A DNA stretch of 64,000 bases, from the NCBI GenBank assembly GCA_021613535.1, contig CP075493.1:16058001-16122000 (forward strand). The letters are read 5' to 3'. A program made the translations under genes and the position numbers. The notes under the pieces were generated by a model. The model ran no database searches. It was not told the origin of the DNA and saw only the letters and a list, made by a program, of their open reading frames with translations. This DNA is from Adineta vaga (lineage: Eukaryota; Animalia; Rotifera). This document shows, piece by piece, positions 11,430 to 23,770 of this stretch (the stretch's first letter is position 1; every line of letters begins with the position of its first letter).

Positions 11430-14400
11430 TTAATCTTTTTCAAGCTCTAAGAGCTAAGATGGCTGATCAAACAGCCAATGAAAAGATGGAAATGGAAATG
11501 GAGAAAGAGTAAGTTTGCATCGGTTTTCGTGATACATATTGCTACAATTATGTCTTTATGTTGTCTCTGGGCTTGCTTTCGATTTTGCTCGATTAACAAC
11601 ACCAGATGATTTCCATCGATGAAGATGCTAGTAGTCATCAATTATCATCGGGAAATAAGTCATCATCATCAGGTGGTTTTTCAGTTCATGAAGCTAATGA
11701 TGACAAACCTATGTTGGAAGAAATAGAGTACGTCCATTTTTCGTTTGTGTTCATATATCTATATAAAAGGTGTATTTATTTTCCTAGAGAATCGATGGAC
11801 ATAGCTGCTGAACCATAGTCAATTGCGACGACATTCGAAGAAATTGATCTCGGTCATAACGTGTCAACAAATTCTACTATTCCTCATTTTCTACCTGATC
11901 GATACGATAAGGCCGATGATGACGAGGAGAGCTGGGACAGTGATGGTCTCGACGTATCAGGATGGTCAGATCTACCAGATCCTTATGAATCGTATGATTG
12001 GGAATGCTGATGAAAGCAATTGTGGCATTGTTGAGACATTTTTTCCTATTTCTTTTTGTTTGTACGTTGTATATTATCATCTTTTCCTAGTATATCGTTA
12101 TGTGAAAATAAACTTTTTTCCTAGTCGATCTTTGTTGTTGCTTTTCGTGTACGAATTTTTCACTGAGAGTCTTATACAAATGAGTAGAAGCAGTAGAACT
12201 AAGCGGTTGGAATCAGAAGTAAATGAATTATCAAGTTGAAACTCATTGTCTACATTTTCTATTGAACAAAAGAAGTATAATCGACAGCATATGTATTATA
12301 CATGTCATTTGTTCAATAAAAATGATATTCTTTCAAAAGATAGCTTGATAACTCATTGATTTGTTATTTCAATCGCTTTTTTTATCAAAAACTATTTGTG
12401 TGTTTTCTATGATAAATAGTGGACATAACTATTTGTCATATATATATATATATATATACTTTTTTTGTCCGAAAAAATCCAACCCTTTACTTCCACGTAG
12501 TGTCGGATGGAAACGTTAACATATACAGATTGTTAACGGCTAAAAAGGGCTATGGTGTTACTATATCGGTCATAACGATTGATATTGTTGTTGTTGTTGT
12601 TGATGAAACAGATGATACTTATTTGTATTTGTATACTGTAGATTAAATCTTCTATTGATGATTATGGAATCTGCTGAAGATAATCAAACAGATAAGAAAG
12701 CACAGAAGAGGAATCATCGTGGAACTAGACGACAACAACGCTACAGAGCAAAAGCGAAACTTCTGCAACTATGTGAACTTGCTAGTGCACAAGCTCCAGA
12801 ACTTATGGCAGTACAAGAAGTGGTAGCAATAGTAGAAGAAGAAGAAGAAAAACAGATGAACAATGGCTTGCAAATGAATTTCTCATCGGTATGTATGTCT
12901 ATGTTTGAAAGATGTTATATTTCGAAGATAAAAACACAAAGAACATCATTTTGTATTGCAAGATGAGCAAAATAATGAAATGGAGAGACAAACAAGAAGA
13001 AGAAGAAGAGCAGCTAAACGTCGATCATCAAAAAAACATCATCTTGTTCGAGAGCAACAAAGTGATGTATATCTACCGGATTATTTGAATATTCCAGATC
13101 GAATATTCAAGAAAATGTTCATATCGGCATCCAAAAGTCTGCATGCTTCTGTTCCATACAATATGATTTATCGATGGTTAGACAATAGTTCTAATATGCG
13201 ACATATTCGTGAACATGCTCGTCTATTAGATAAACTATTGTTTCTACAATTACAACAAGCAATATGGACAGAATATTTTAACATTGGCAGTCTATCAGAT
13301 GGTGTACGGGCATCTGAAGTACAAGAGAAAATCAATCGGCGAATGAAAGATGAATCTATTACTAATATAGATCCATTAACTTTTGTTATTCAATATCGAC
13401 AAAATATTGAAGGCATTTGTTCGACTTGGACAACATAAATTAAATGGTGAATTCGAATGTAAAAAACGGCTATTACATTTCCATTATCAAGATCATCTCT
13501 TGACGAAAGTTTTCTTTGATTTGAAACCGACGAAAAGACAGGTATAGTTGCAGACACATTAGAGAGAGAGTTCTGTTGAGTATATATTTTCTTACAGATT
13601 CGATCGGCTACAAAGATTTGGTCTGCTACATTTAAACAACAGATTGCTGAAGAACAAATAATGATACTTAAACATCGTATATCTTCAAGAATATTACCGA
13701 AGATATTCGATGTATTAGATCATTCATTAGTTGATCTCAATAGAAATCTACAAGATCGCGTGATCGATAATGATATACGTGCGACCATAACAAGTCGCCG
13801 TAATAAAGTTATTGGTCAATTGAAAGCCGATATGATATCAATGGAGATTTCAATAGCCGAAGCAACAGCACGTGGTCATGCACAAAAAGTTAAACGAGAA
13901 AAAGAAGTATTGCTATCAAATCAATACTCGCATGATGGAGATGAAGCAATGATTAATAATATGATTAATACTATTCAGGCTCTTCAAGATAATATTATTA
14001 AACGAGCACAATATGTTACTGTCTGTAAAGTGTCTTTTTTCGACGAAACTCCGGCGATGCTGCTTATGGATTAGAAGGATGGCAACAGCATCGTCGGAGT
14101 ATAAAAATAAATCGACTTCCATCATCAGCTATTGTAGAAGTGGCCACGCTACTACAACAAGCACATTTGTTACTTTTGGCAGGAGGTCCAGAATATGTTC
14201 CAACGTGTCTAAGTTACTTTGCACTTCGTTCCACTAATGATATTATCCATCGTGAATATGAACGAATGTCAAAAGTAATTAAGGGATGTTTAACGGACAA
14301 TTGTATATCTGCATCAGATGAACGTGCAAAATGATTTCTTATTTCCTTAAAAAATCTCCTGACAGATTTGTGTACAACTAAAGATATTCAACAGAAATTA

Positions 14401-15175
14401 TATCGAACACGTCAAAAAATTGTTCTAAGACGAACAGACAAGATTAAGGTGTTTCATTTGGGTTCATTCAATGATTATGAACAGAAAGCAATACATTACA
14501 TGATGAAGACATGTGCTTATGAAGAAGTCCACAGTGGGAAGTGTCCATTAGCTGCTAATTTATCATCGGTGATGGACTTACTCAATAGATTATTGAAAAA
14601 TAATGCTATTAATATAAAACAATGGTCTGCAATGAAACCAAATAGAGATAAAGTGGAACTAGGTCATCTCTACTTCTTGCCTAAGCCTCATAAAGTAAGA
14701 TGATGTGTGAATGTATCTATTTTCGAATCGTTGATGTTTTCTTTTCAATGGTCATATTCTTAGATTGGTACACCATTGAGACCTATTATTTCTTCGATGA
14801 ATGGGCCGACGAATAAAATATCCCATTTCTTAGATCATCGTCTTTCGACATCAACTCAGTTTATTACATTTAATGTCAATGATCTATATACGATGACACC
14901 AAGAAATGGGTCATTGGAAGCATTAGGACGATTCTTAATTAAAACGTCGACAAAAGGCAAAATTGGTAATTTATTTATTGATACGATCTTAAAGCTAGTT
15001 CCTCTGGTATTAGATACAAATTATTTTGTCTATAATAATAAATATTATCGACAAATTAAAGGTGGTACAATGGGTTCGGCATTTACGATGACATTAGCCA
15101 ATGTCTACATGTTAGAGTGGGAACAACCATTAGTCGAATTGCAAGCACAACAAGGGGAGTTGTATGGAAGGTAAG
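11430..15175 (+). mobile_element. Decayed Athena-like (endonuclease-deficient Penelope-like) retroelement with spliceosomal introns
   Basis: Upstream coiled-coil/basic ORF pieces (KRNHRGTRRQQRYRAK). RT motifs LRRTDK, YFLPKPHK|intron|GTPLRPIIS, DLYTM and QIKGGTMGS. Stops, frameshifts and an RT deletion; cut off at 15176 by a MITE before the YxDD exon. Confidence 0.8.
11999..12048 (+). ncRNA. Possible degenerate hammerhead ribozyme motif in the Athena-like element
   Basis: CTGATGA-A-AGCAAT-tgtggc-ATTGTT-GAGAC: stem II pairs, but the GAAA box reads GAGA. Flanking GGAA/TTCC could form stem I. Confidence 0.35.
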
Positions 15176-15370
15176 CATATGATGCGTTATAGCGATTGCC
15201 TGGAAATTGCATGTATTTCGGGTATCAGGTGAATTTCCGGAAATTCAAAAAATTCTATTCCAAATAGTTCTAATAGTCTAAGTAGCAATTTTAGACCTAA
15301 TCGAGAATTTCCCAATTTCCATCATGGAAATTATGTTCATTAGGGACTTTTGTTCGTGACTGCCATAATA
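15176..15370 (-). mobile_element. Partial inverted copy of the MITE at 37815-38284
   Basis: CATATGATGCGTTATAGCG...GGAAATT.CATGTATT terminus and ATCGAGAATTTCCCAATTTCC match the 37815-38284 element. Confidence 0.8.
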
Positions 15371-17929
15371 GATATAATATTGTGCTCGTGGATATTTTGT
15401 TAAATATTCCACACATTGTATTAATTTTTGTCCAAGGTTTATATTCACAAAGTCGTTTCTAACGGACGAAAGACATAGGTTTAAAGTCAGATCAGCGTTG
15501 TCATAATTGCCGAGTGAGTCATGCCGATAGAAGACTGATATCATTCGACTTCCAATTTAAATAAATAATTAATTAATAGCGTCAATTGAAGATGAAATCG
15601 AAAATCATATGGTACGTGCGCACTAGTTGAACGGAAAATGTTGAGATCAAATTCATAATCACTAGGATACTTGATTTAGGTCAAAATATAAATTATTATC
15701 AAATACAAACATTGATTGTGGTCAGTTATCCGTCTGATGTATCATATGTAAAGGATTAAGTTTTTTCGATACTTATTCGATAGTTGCATGAAATACACAG
15801 ATGAATTATACATAGTTATAAACAATATCTCAGCGATATATAGTTGAAAGGAGAATATAAGTTCAAAATTCTGGTTATTTTCGTTTTCGAGAGAGTCAGG
15901 TATACAAAGAAACATTAAAATGAAGCTGACACTTGAGAGACACGGTGAAGGCGACTCTAATATATAGCAGATGCCTCAGTTCGATGATTATCTGATTTAA
16001 ATGTTATGATATTGAGTGCTTGAAGTACGAGAAGCTGGGCAGTGCAATATTTACGTGTCTGAAATGTCGAATATTCAAAGTTTGTATTTCGGTTTCACAG
16101 ATAACAATGCTTCTCTTTGTTTTATTACTATGATAAATATAAAAATGATATTTTGTAAATTAGAGATTATCCTCGTCTTTATCTATACGACTTCAACGAT
16201 CCATCACGAAAATACTGTTTTATTTTTCAAATACTTTTCTTCCACTATTCATGAAATAATGGATATCTATACTTTTCATATACTTTGGATAAGAATATAT
16301 TAAAAGATAGTTTGCTGCTAGATAATTACAAAGCTACCACCGGTCTGTTGTTACATTCATATTTGTGTACATTTTTTAATATGTTATTTGAATCTCATAG
16401 ATTATAAGGATCATCTGTATGTAACCATTATTCTTGCTATTGATGAGGTAGTGTACGAAATGGTCCTGATTATATTTGTTGAATTTGATAAATAACTACG
16501 TATTTTATGAAATTGTGTAGTTGATTCTTTGTATAACGTTGCTCTATAATTAATACTATTATCTGCCACTTATGCATCTAGTTGATCGTCAAAATTTCTT
16601 TCAATCTCATGTATGATCACAATACAAAACTATATTTATTCAATTCCTCATGAGTTTGTGAATTTTCTTAAATAATAGCTATCAAGTAGCGAACTGTTAC
16701 GTTAATATGCATTGATCTTCCTTATAATGCATTATAACGCATTATAATGCATTCAATACGATCAACAGCGATGATAGATGATGCACAAGAATTAAACAAA
16801 AATATTCGTTTATAGAAGATTTATCTATCTGTAATTCACAGATGAATCAACACGAGGCATGTAGATCCTAAGAAACAATATCGATTAAAGCTAACCAATG
16901 TTTTTTCTAAATCTCGATACTAGAATATCTAAATTAAGTAATGCAACATCCGCTCAATTTCTTATATATCAACATGAAAATAAATTTTAATTAAGTTTTT
17001 CTTTTCATTTGCGCCTTGAAGGTTATATTAGTCAAGAAGAATCAACATTTTCATTATAATCATAATCCACATTGACTTGACTCCTACGCTGACGCGTATC
17101 TTTCTATCAAAATGAGTCATATGCAGGTTAATGTTAAAAAAACTTTCGAAAAAAGATTATTTTAATCTAATTTATTTGTGCAGCACTTTAATGTTCAAAC
17201 ATGAATTTATCACGTATTTTTCGAAGTTCCATCAAGTAAGAAAAAAAGTAGTCAGGTACATAAAATAAATGATTACAAAATAATCACACCCATATATGAG
17301 AGAAAAATTAGAAAAAAACAAAAATAGAAGATACAATAAACAATAACTATTAGTTTCGTTATACAAATATTATCGATAATAAAGAAAAACAGTTAAAATA
17401 CGCCGGATTCACAGAAAAAGTTCTTCATAATTGGCACACACGTGTTATAAATCACACGAAATGAAAAACAAACATGTACAATCGTTTTAATAACAATAAA
17501 AAAAGGCAGACTACATATGTACATGATATCAATCAATAATAAATTCATTTTTTGTTGTCCTATGGTGAATAACGTTGTTTTGGTTTTCGATCACGTCTTA
17601 CAGCCATCGGTGGAGCTATATATGAAAGAGAAATTCTAAAGATTAATGAATGAAATAAAAATATTACTCACTGTTATTTTCTTGAATGATTGCCGATAGA
17701 TCAAGTACTATTCGTTCATTAAGAAAATCATTTTTTTGAATATAAACAGATAACATATTTGAAAATAACCATGTTTTGTGTTTGACATCAGCAGCAGTAA
17801 GTGTACGAGGAAATGTATCGGTCTTATTTTTTTTAATTTAATACATTATTTTTTCCTTCAATTTGAATGCAGTCATTGACCTACCTGATGATCGATCCTT
17901 GGAAAAGGTCGAAATCGCGATCGTAGGGT

Positions 17930-18018
17930 TCTACTATATATAACACACCCACCAACACCCTCACCCTCACACCCACCCCCCCCCACCCCCCCCCCCACAC
18001 ACACACACACACACACAC
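17930..18018 (-). repeat. Half telomere-like hairpin element running into poly-C and (CA)n
   Basis: ACTATATATAAC-ACACCCACCAACACCCTCACCCTCACACCC, then C-runs and CA repeats. Confidence 0.6.
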
Positions 18019-18180
18019 CAGTTTATTACGAATCGACGTCTTACACAATTTTGATAACAGCATAAAACGTTATCAAATAAGAAGAAGAAAAGAACAAAAT
18101 ATCCACGATAAACATTTTCCAAGTATATTTATACTTTTGCGTTTAGTAAAAGCATTACATTCTACTTAACCATCATTCTA

Positions 18181-20312
18181 ATGTCTCAAGTAACTATTTC
18201 TCCATCATTGGTAACAATTCCAGTCGAACTTGTATATCGAATTCTTGATCATATACGTCCACAACAGATCATGTTAAGTTTACGTGGTGTCTGTCAAAGA
18301 CTAAATGATATTACAGATACATATGCACCATATCGAGTAAAGTTTAATATCTTGAGGATATTATATATATATATATATTTCTAGCAAATCGATCATATTT
18401 TCCTAAAACCGGGAGAAATGAATCCTGATAAATTTGAACGATTAGCTAATGCTCTGAAATTCAATCGAGTAAATCATCAATTAGAACGAATCATTTCTAT
18501 TTTGTTTATCATCATGATGAATAGACAGTAACGAAGTTTGAATGCGTAGGTGATCATATCGGATGGAGAGGTGCTAAAATGTTAGCTGACGTATTAAAAG
18601 TTGAACGGGTATATTTTCATTAATAATATTACTGATAATTGAATTTCTATCTAGACAATATCTACTATTGAACTTCGACCTGATAGTATGGATACTGAAG
18701 GAGTAAGAGCATTGGGTAAATCGTTGAGATCCAATCAAGTATTGATAATCTTTGTATCATTCATATACCAATGATTGTTTACATTTGAAGGGTGTAACAA
18801 CGTTTAATCTCAGTATATGTGAAGCTGGCGGCCAAGGTGCTGACGCGTTTTTTCATGCCTTGAGGACTAATCGAGTACAGGCATTTTTTGTAAATTACAA
18901 TGATCATTTGTAACACATGGAAAGTTTGTAGACACTCCAAAAACTGGCTCTACGTCGTTATTCAATCGAATCATCTGCTGTTCGTAAGCTGCTTGCAGAC
19001 GCATTGAAAGTTAATAAGGTTCATTAAATTCTTTGCTGTGTATGATTAGAAAAGAACTAGCTTTTTAAAGACATTGAAAGAACTCGAGCTTGAAGTGAAT
19101 TTCTTACGTGCTGTTGGTACACGACAATTAGCAGAAGCATTAAAAGTGAATAAAGTATGTTGAAATTATTTATGTATTCTGAGTACATTAACTTTTCTTA
19201 GACGCTTACACGATTGAAATTTCACTATAATTTGATCGGTTCAGAAGGGTTTGAAGCCATAGCTGAAGCTTTGAAAGTTAACAGAGTATGTTCAAAGTTT
19301 TTATCAATAGAAACATGAATATTGATGACTGACATGATACTGTAGACATTACAAATTCTGACATTTCATAATGAAAGTTTCGTGGAAGAGGGTGCTCTTG
19401 CTTTTGCAGAAGCATTGAAAATCAATAATGTATGTTACAGATATCTACTCAACATTATGATCGATTTCATTTCTATAGACACTAACATCGATCAAAATTA
19501 GCTGGAGTGACACTGATATACAAGGTATCAAAGCATTAGCTGAAGCATTGAAATTGAATAGTGTATATCTTCTCATATGAAAATTTTGTTTCTCATTGGT
19601 AAATCTTTTAGGGATTGAAAAGTATAAATATAGAAAATTCAGGAGTCACTTCCGAAGGTTTTCGAGCTCTTGCAGAAGCATTGAAAATAAATCGAGTAAG
19701 TCATACATTATAGACGGGCTTAATGGTGATCCATTGTTGGATTATAGACAATAACACATGTTCACATTGAATCCAGCCATCTTGGTGTTGATGGTACACG
19801 TGCTTTCGCTGAAGCACTAGCTATCAATAATGTATAGTTCTAATATTTCCTAAAAATGATCAATACAACTGTACTTTATTCTAGACATTGACAGACTTAA
19901 CTCTTAAAAGTGATCGTATAGGTCCGGTGGGTGCTAAAGCGCTTGCCGAAGCATTGACAACGAATCAAGTAGTTTTTCGATTGAAATTTATTCTGATGAT
20001 TATATTTTATATGTGAATAGGGATTGACAACAATCGATCTCGGATACAATGAAATTGGTCCTGAAGGTGCTCAAAGTTTTGCACAAGCATTACAGATCAA
20101 TCAAGTAGATATTCTTGATGTAATAAAATTCAAAGTCATCCACATATTCTTCTTCATAGACATTAAAAAAAGTAACTTTATATTCAAACAAAATCGATGA
20201 AGAAGGTACTAAAGCTTTAAAAAGTGTTTCAAAAGTAAGATAGTTAAGGATTATTTTCTCAATACATTATTTTCATTGATAGGATGGTCTTGAACTCGGC
20301 TTCTATGGTTAA
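18181..20312 (+). CDS. F-box-like + RNI-type leucine-rich-repeat protein, 16 exons (one ~28-aa LRR per exon)
   Basis: Exon 1 has an F-box-like SLVTIPVELVYRILDHI...LRGVCQRL. Fourteen phase-0 exons start at 18385, 18526, 18655, 18791, 18932, 19071, 19202, 19346, 19479, 19612, 19748, 19885, 20021 and 20160 (mostly 84 bp, TLxxLxLxxNxIGxxGxxALAEALKxN). Final exon is 20283-20312. Confidence 0.9.
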
Positions 20313-20541
20313 TCATCGCTTCAATAACAGTGACATGTCACATTTTAATTATCTTTTCAAATCTAAAGTTATCATTTCAATTATAAAAGGAATATATAAC
20401 TTTTCTTTTCTCGTTTCAAATTATAATTGTCAATAATCATTCCATATTTCATTCTACAATGATAACACAACTAATAAGATTTATCTTTATCGAAATTCAT
20501 GTTGAAATTTTGATATGTTGTTATTAATTAACAGAAGAGAA

Positions 20542-20613
20542 AATCAAATAGTTCAATTGGTAGAATAGCCGACCGGTTATCGGAAGATGTGGGTTCGAAT
20601 CCTGCTTTGCTTT
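20542..20613 (+). pseudogene. tRNA-like element (tRNA pseudogene or tRNA-derived SINE head); nominal anticodon GGT
   Basis: A-box TAGTTCAATTGG, D-stem GTTC/GAAT, anticodon stem CCGA/TCGG with loop CCGGTTA, T-arm GTGGG-TTCGAAT-CCTGC, acceptor stem 6/7 paired, followed by a T-run. Confidence 0.7.
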
Positions 20614-20737
20614 TATGATCTTTTTGGATAAGTTTTTCGTACTTATCTAAGCATATCGCTGTAGATATTTCAAATGGATCCGATTAGATTGTATCGTGGA
20701 CAAATGAGAAGATTTCTAATTAAAGCTTTCTTTTAAT

Positions 20738-20901
20738 CCTATTTTCAAACTCACCCTCACCCACACCCACACCCACACCCACAACCTCAAAATAATGCAG
20801 TGCTTAACCTACCTGAAGAGTTTGCCCTTGAGAAAGGACGAAACTATAGTTGTAGGATTTCTCTTCAATATAATAGTCACACCCACACCCACCCTCTAGA
20901 T
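20738..20901. repeat. Two half copies of the telomere-like hairpin element (20738-20792 and 20872-20901)
   Basis: CTCACCCTCACCCACACCCACACCCACACCCACAACCTCAAAAT and ATAGTC-ACACCCACACCCACCCTCTAGAT. Confidence 0.75.
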
Positions 20902-22051
20902 ATTTTTTTAAGTAACCGGTTTCTCTGGTGACCAAAGATATACTGTTGCTTGAAATGAAACAAATTCGATACATGTCGTTTGATTTCAAACACTCACAGG
21001 CTGAAATCTAGTTTTTATTTTTAAATTTGCTGATGCAACATTACAATAAGGCTAATGCATGACACAAGTACATATATCTTCTTGGCTTTGATTTTTAGCA
21101 AGCGCAATTAAAGTACTTCCAATATTTTGACGATGATATTCAATATCTACACCTGTTTGTTCAATATAACGAATATAAGGAGATGATACTAATTGTTCCC
21201 ATCATTCATTTGCGATAACATTTTCATCAAGTATAAACTGATCAACTTCCGGATTCATATGGTGAATAAGATGGTCAATCGATGTGAATTATAAATAACC
21301 AGCTAATTTATTTTGCTTATCATCAATGATACAAATTAATAATGATGTTTACGAAGATAATAATAATTTTAAACTCTCAATCAATCAAGTATGAATAAGA
21401 AAAGCTTGACTTATATCAGAATCATTGGTATTTTCAAAAAATTTTATTATAGTTTTGACTGACAATTAATAACTAATTCACAAATACGATCAATTTGTTT
21501 ATGAGAAATATTAATAACACAACCAATAAAATTATTTTTTAATTCTTGTTTATAAACTAAAGCTCCTGTTGTACCATTTCCAAATAATATTGATAAAGAT
21601 AGAGATAGATGATCCATCGAATATTTTGCAAAGTAAAGGTATAAAAAAACGACATCTATTGTCGTTTATATCGCGTGTGTTCTGCACATCTCGAAAGAAA
21701 AATAATATTTACCTTGTTTTAACAATGATAACGGTAGACACCAACAAAAAAACGAAGCAATCATTGATTTAAGGATTTACACTTGCAGCCTGATATGGTC
21801 TATAAAAATATGATGTTGAATACAACTACTTTTTAACTAGTTTGTGTATTCAATTAATGTGACTTGGTAGTCTGTTTTTTAATGACACCTGTATGACTCA
21901 TTTGATACTGCTTTTATCACTGTCATCCTTTCATATACAAATATGTTCTGCCTAAATGACGATGTAGAAATAAAGAACAGCTTTAAATTTAAAAGGTGAC
22001 AAAAGCGCAGTTACTTTTCATTCTTTTAACAAACTAATAAAAGACGAAACT

Positions 22052-23298
22052 ATGTTATTCCAGTATTTTTTGTGCTTATTTATGTAAGTATTAAACACAA
22101 ATTTTACGTTCTAAGTATATTTTCTTTTACTTTTAGAGTATTCGCATCAACGAATGGTAAGTACTTGTTGATAAGATTTTAAGAAATATACAATTATTTA
22201 TTTTCAGGTCAACCTATTTATAAACAATCTAGTGATTGTAAGTAAACAAAATAAAGAAAACTCAAATAATTTGATGAAATAAAATTTCAGGTCCCGGGAA
22301 TTTTAAATGGACGACAGATGGAATAACAATTATGGGTAGTGGTTATGGTACAGGACCAGACCAATTCCAATTCCCTGAAGGTTTATTTCTTGAACCAAAA
22401 ACACAAATATTATATGTTACTGATGTCTCAAATAATCGCGTACAAAAAAGATATTTAAATGGTGAAATCAAAACTGCAGCTGGCCAAGCCAATTGTGCAG
22501 GTGGGTCAACACCAGATAAATTGAGTGGTCCGAGAGATGTTGTTGCAGATGAAAATGAAAATGTTTATGTTGTGGATGAGGGTAATCAACGAGTTCAGTT
22601 CTGGGAAAAAGATGCTAAAAGCGGGAAAATAGTTGCTGGTGACGGAACTCGAGGTTCATCATTAAGTGAATTTAGTTATCCATTTAGACTTACACTTGAT
22701 TCGAAGAAAAATATTTTCGTTTCTGATACACAAAATGAACGTGTATTGAATTGGTCATCAGTATATATTCCAAAAACATCTGCTGGTAAAATCGTAGCAG
22801 TAAGTTAAACTCTTATCTTTAGGAAATATCACCATAAAATCCTTTGTCGATGTTTAGGGTGGTCATGGTGCAGGTCTCAATCCATATCAATTGAATGGTC
22901 CGGTTGGTTTATATTTAGATGAACCAAATGATGACTTATATATAGCAAATGGAAATTCACATTCAGTAACACAATACAATATGGATAGTTATGGAGATAA
23001 AATAATAGTTGCTGGTATTCCCGGACGACCTGGTAATAGCGCAGCTCAACTCTGTAGTCCTGAAGGTTTAACTCGTGATAAATATGGTAATTTATATATT
23101 ACTGATTCTGGAAATCACAGAATCCAGATGTTTTGTCCAGGTGCTGTGTTCGGTATTACTATTGCGGGTACAGGAAAAATGGGCAATGCAAGTAACGAAT
23201 TAAATTTACCTCGTGCTGTGGCATTTGATTTCGACATGAATTTATATATTACAGATACATATAATTATCGCGTACAAAAATTTAATAGAATACAATAA
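22052..23298 (+). CDS. Secreted NHL-repeat beta-propeller protein, 5 exons (22052-22083, 22137-22156, 22208-22237, 22291-22799, 22858-23298)
   Basis: Signal peptide MLFQYFLCLFIVFASTNG assembled from micro-exons. NHL repeats FPEGLFL..LYVTDVSNNRVQK, PRDVVAD..VYVVDEGNQRVQ and LYITDTYNYRVQKF. Confidence 0.9.
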
Positions 23299-23701
23299 AA
23301 ACATAAACATTTATTGAATATATTTTTGAAAAAATCTTGATTACTTTAATGTAATGTAATTATTTTAAGAATAAATAATCCACTGAAATGAATTAAAGCC
23401 ATTGACGCATTAGAAGTTCTAAAGTTTTCTATTCTGTCTTAACGTTCACAAGTTAAGATGAGGGTCTTCTAATACGCTCCTGACAAAAGTCATATTTTAT
23501 GATAGTCTAAACAACAGTTTTTGGTTTTTATGTTTTTTTTGCTCAATACATTGTCAGTAAATGAGTTTGTCCAAATTAATTGATTTTTGTATAATAAAAA
23601 ATAACCAGATAATATTTCAGTGAAAAAAAAACGGTCGCATTCATTTAGCCAACAATCACTTCACCGACATCACTTCATTGACAAACAGCCAAATTTAAAA
23701 A

Positions 23702-23770
23702 ATCTTGAGGGTGGGTGTGGGTTATAGAATAGTCTTCGCTGTCGCTTCCACCAACACCCATACTGTCAAG
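23702..23770 (+). repeat. Telomere-like-repeat hairpin element
   Basis: ATCTTGAGGGTGGGTGTGGG-TTATAGAATAGTCT...CCACCAACACCCATACTGTCAAG. Confidence 0.8.

Noticed and set aside
18385-20234. Regular ~135-bp periodicity resembling a CRISPR or tandem array
   Set aside because: Explained by 84-bp LRR exons alternating with GT-AG introns; there are no identical direct repeats or cas genes.
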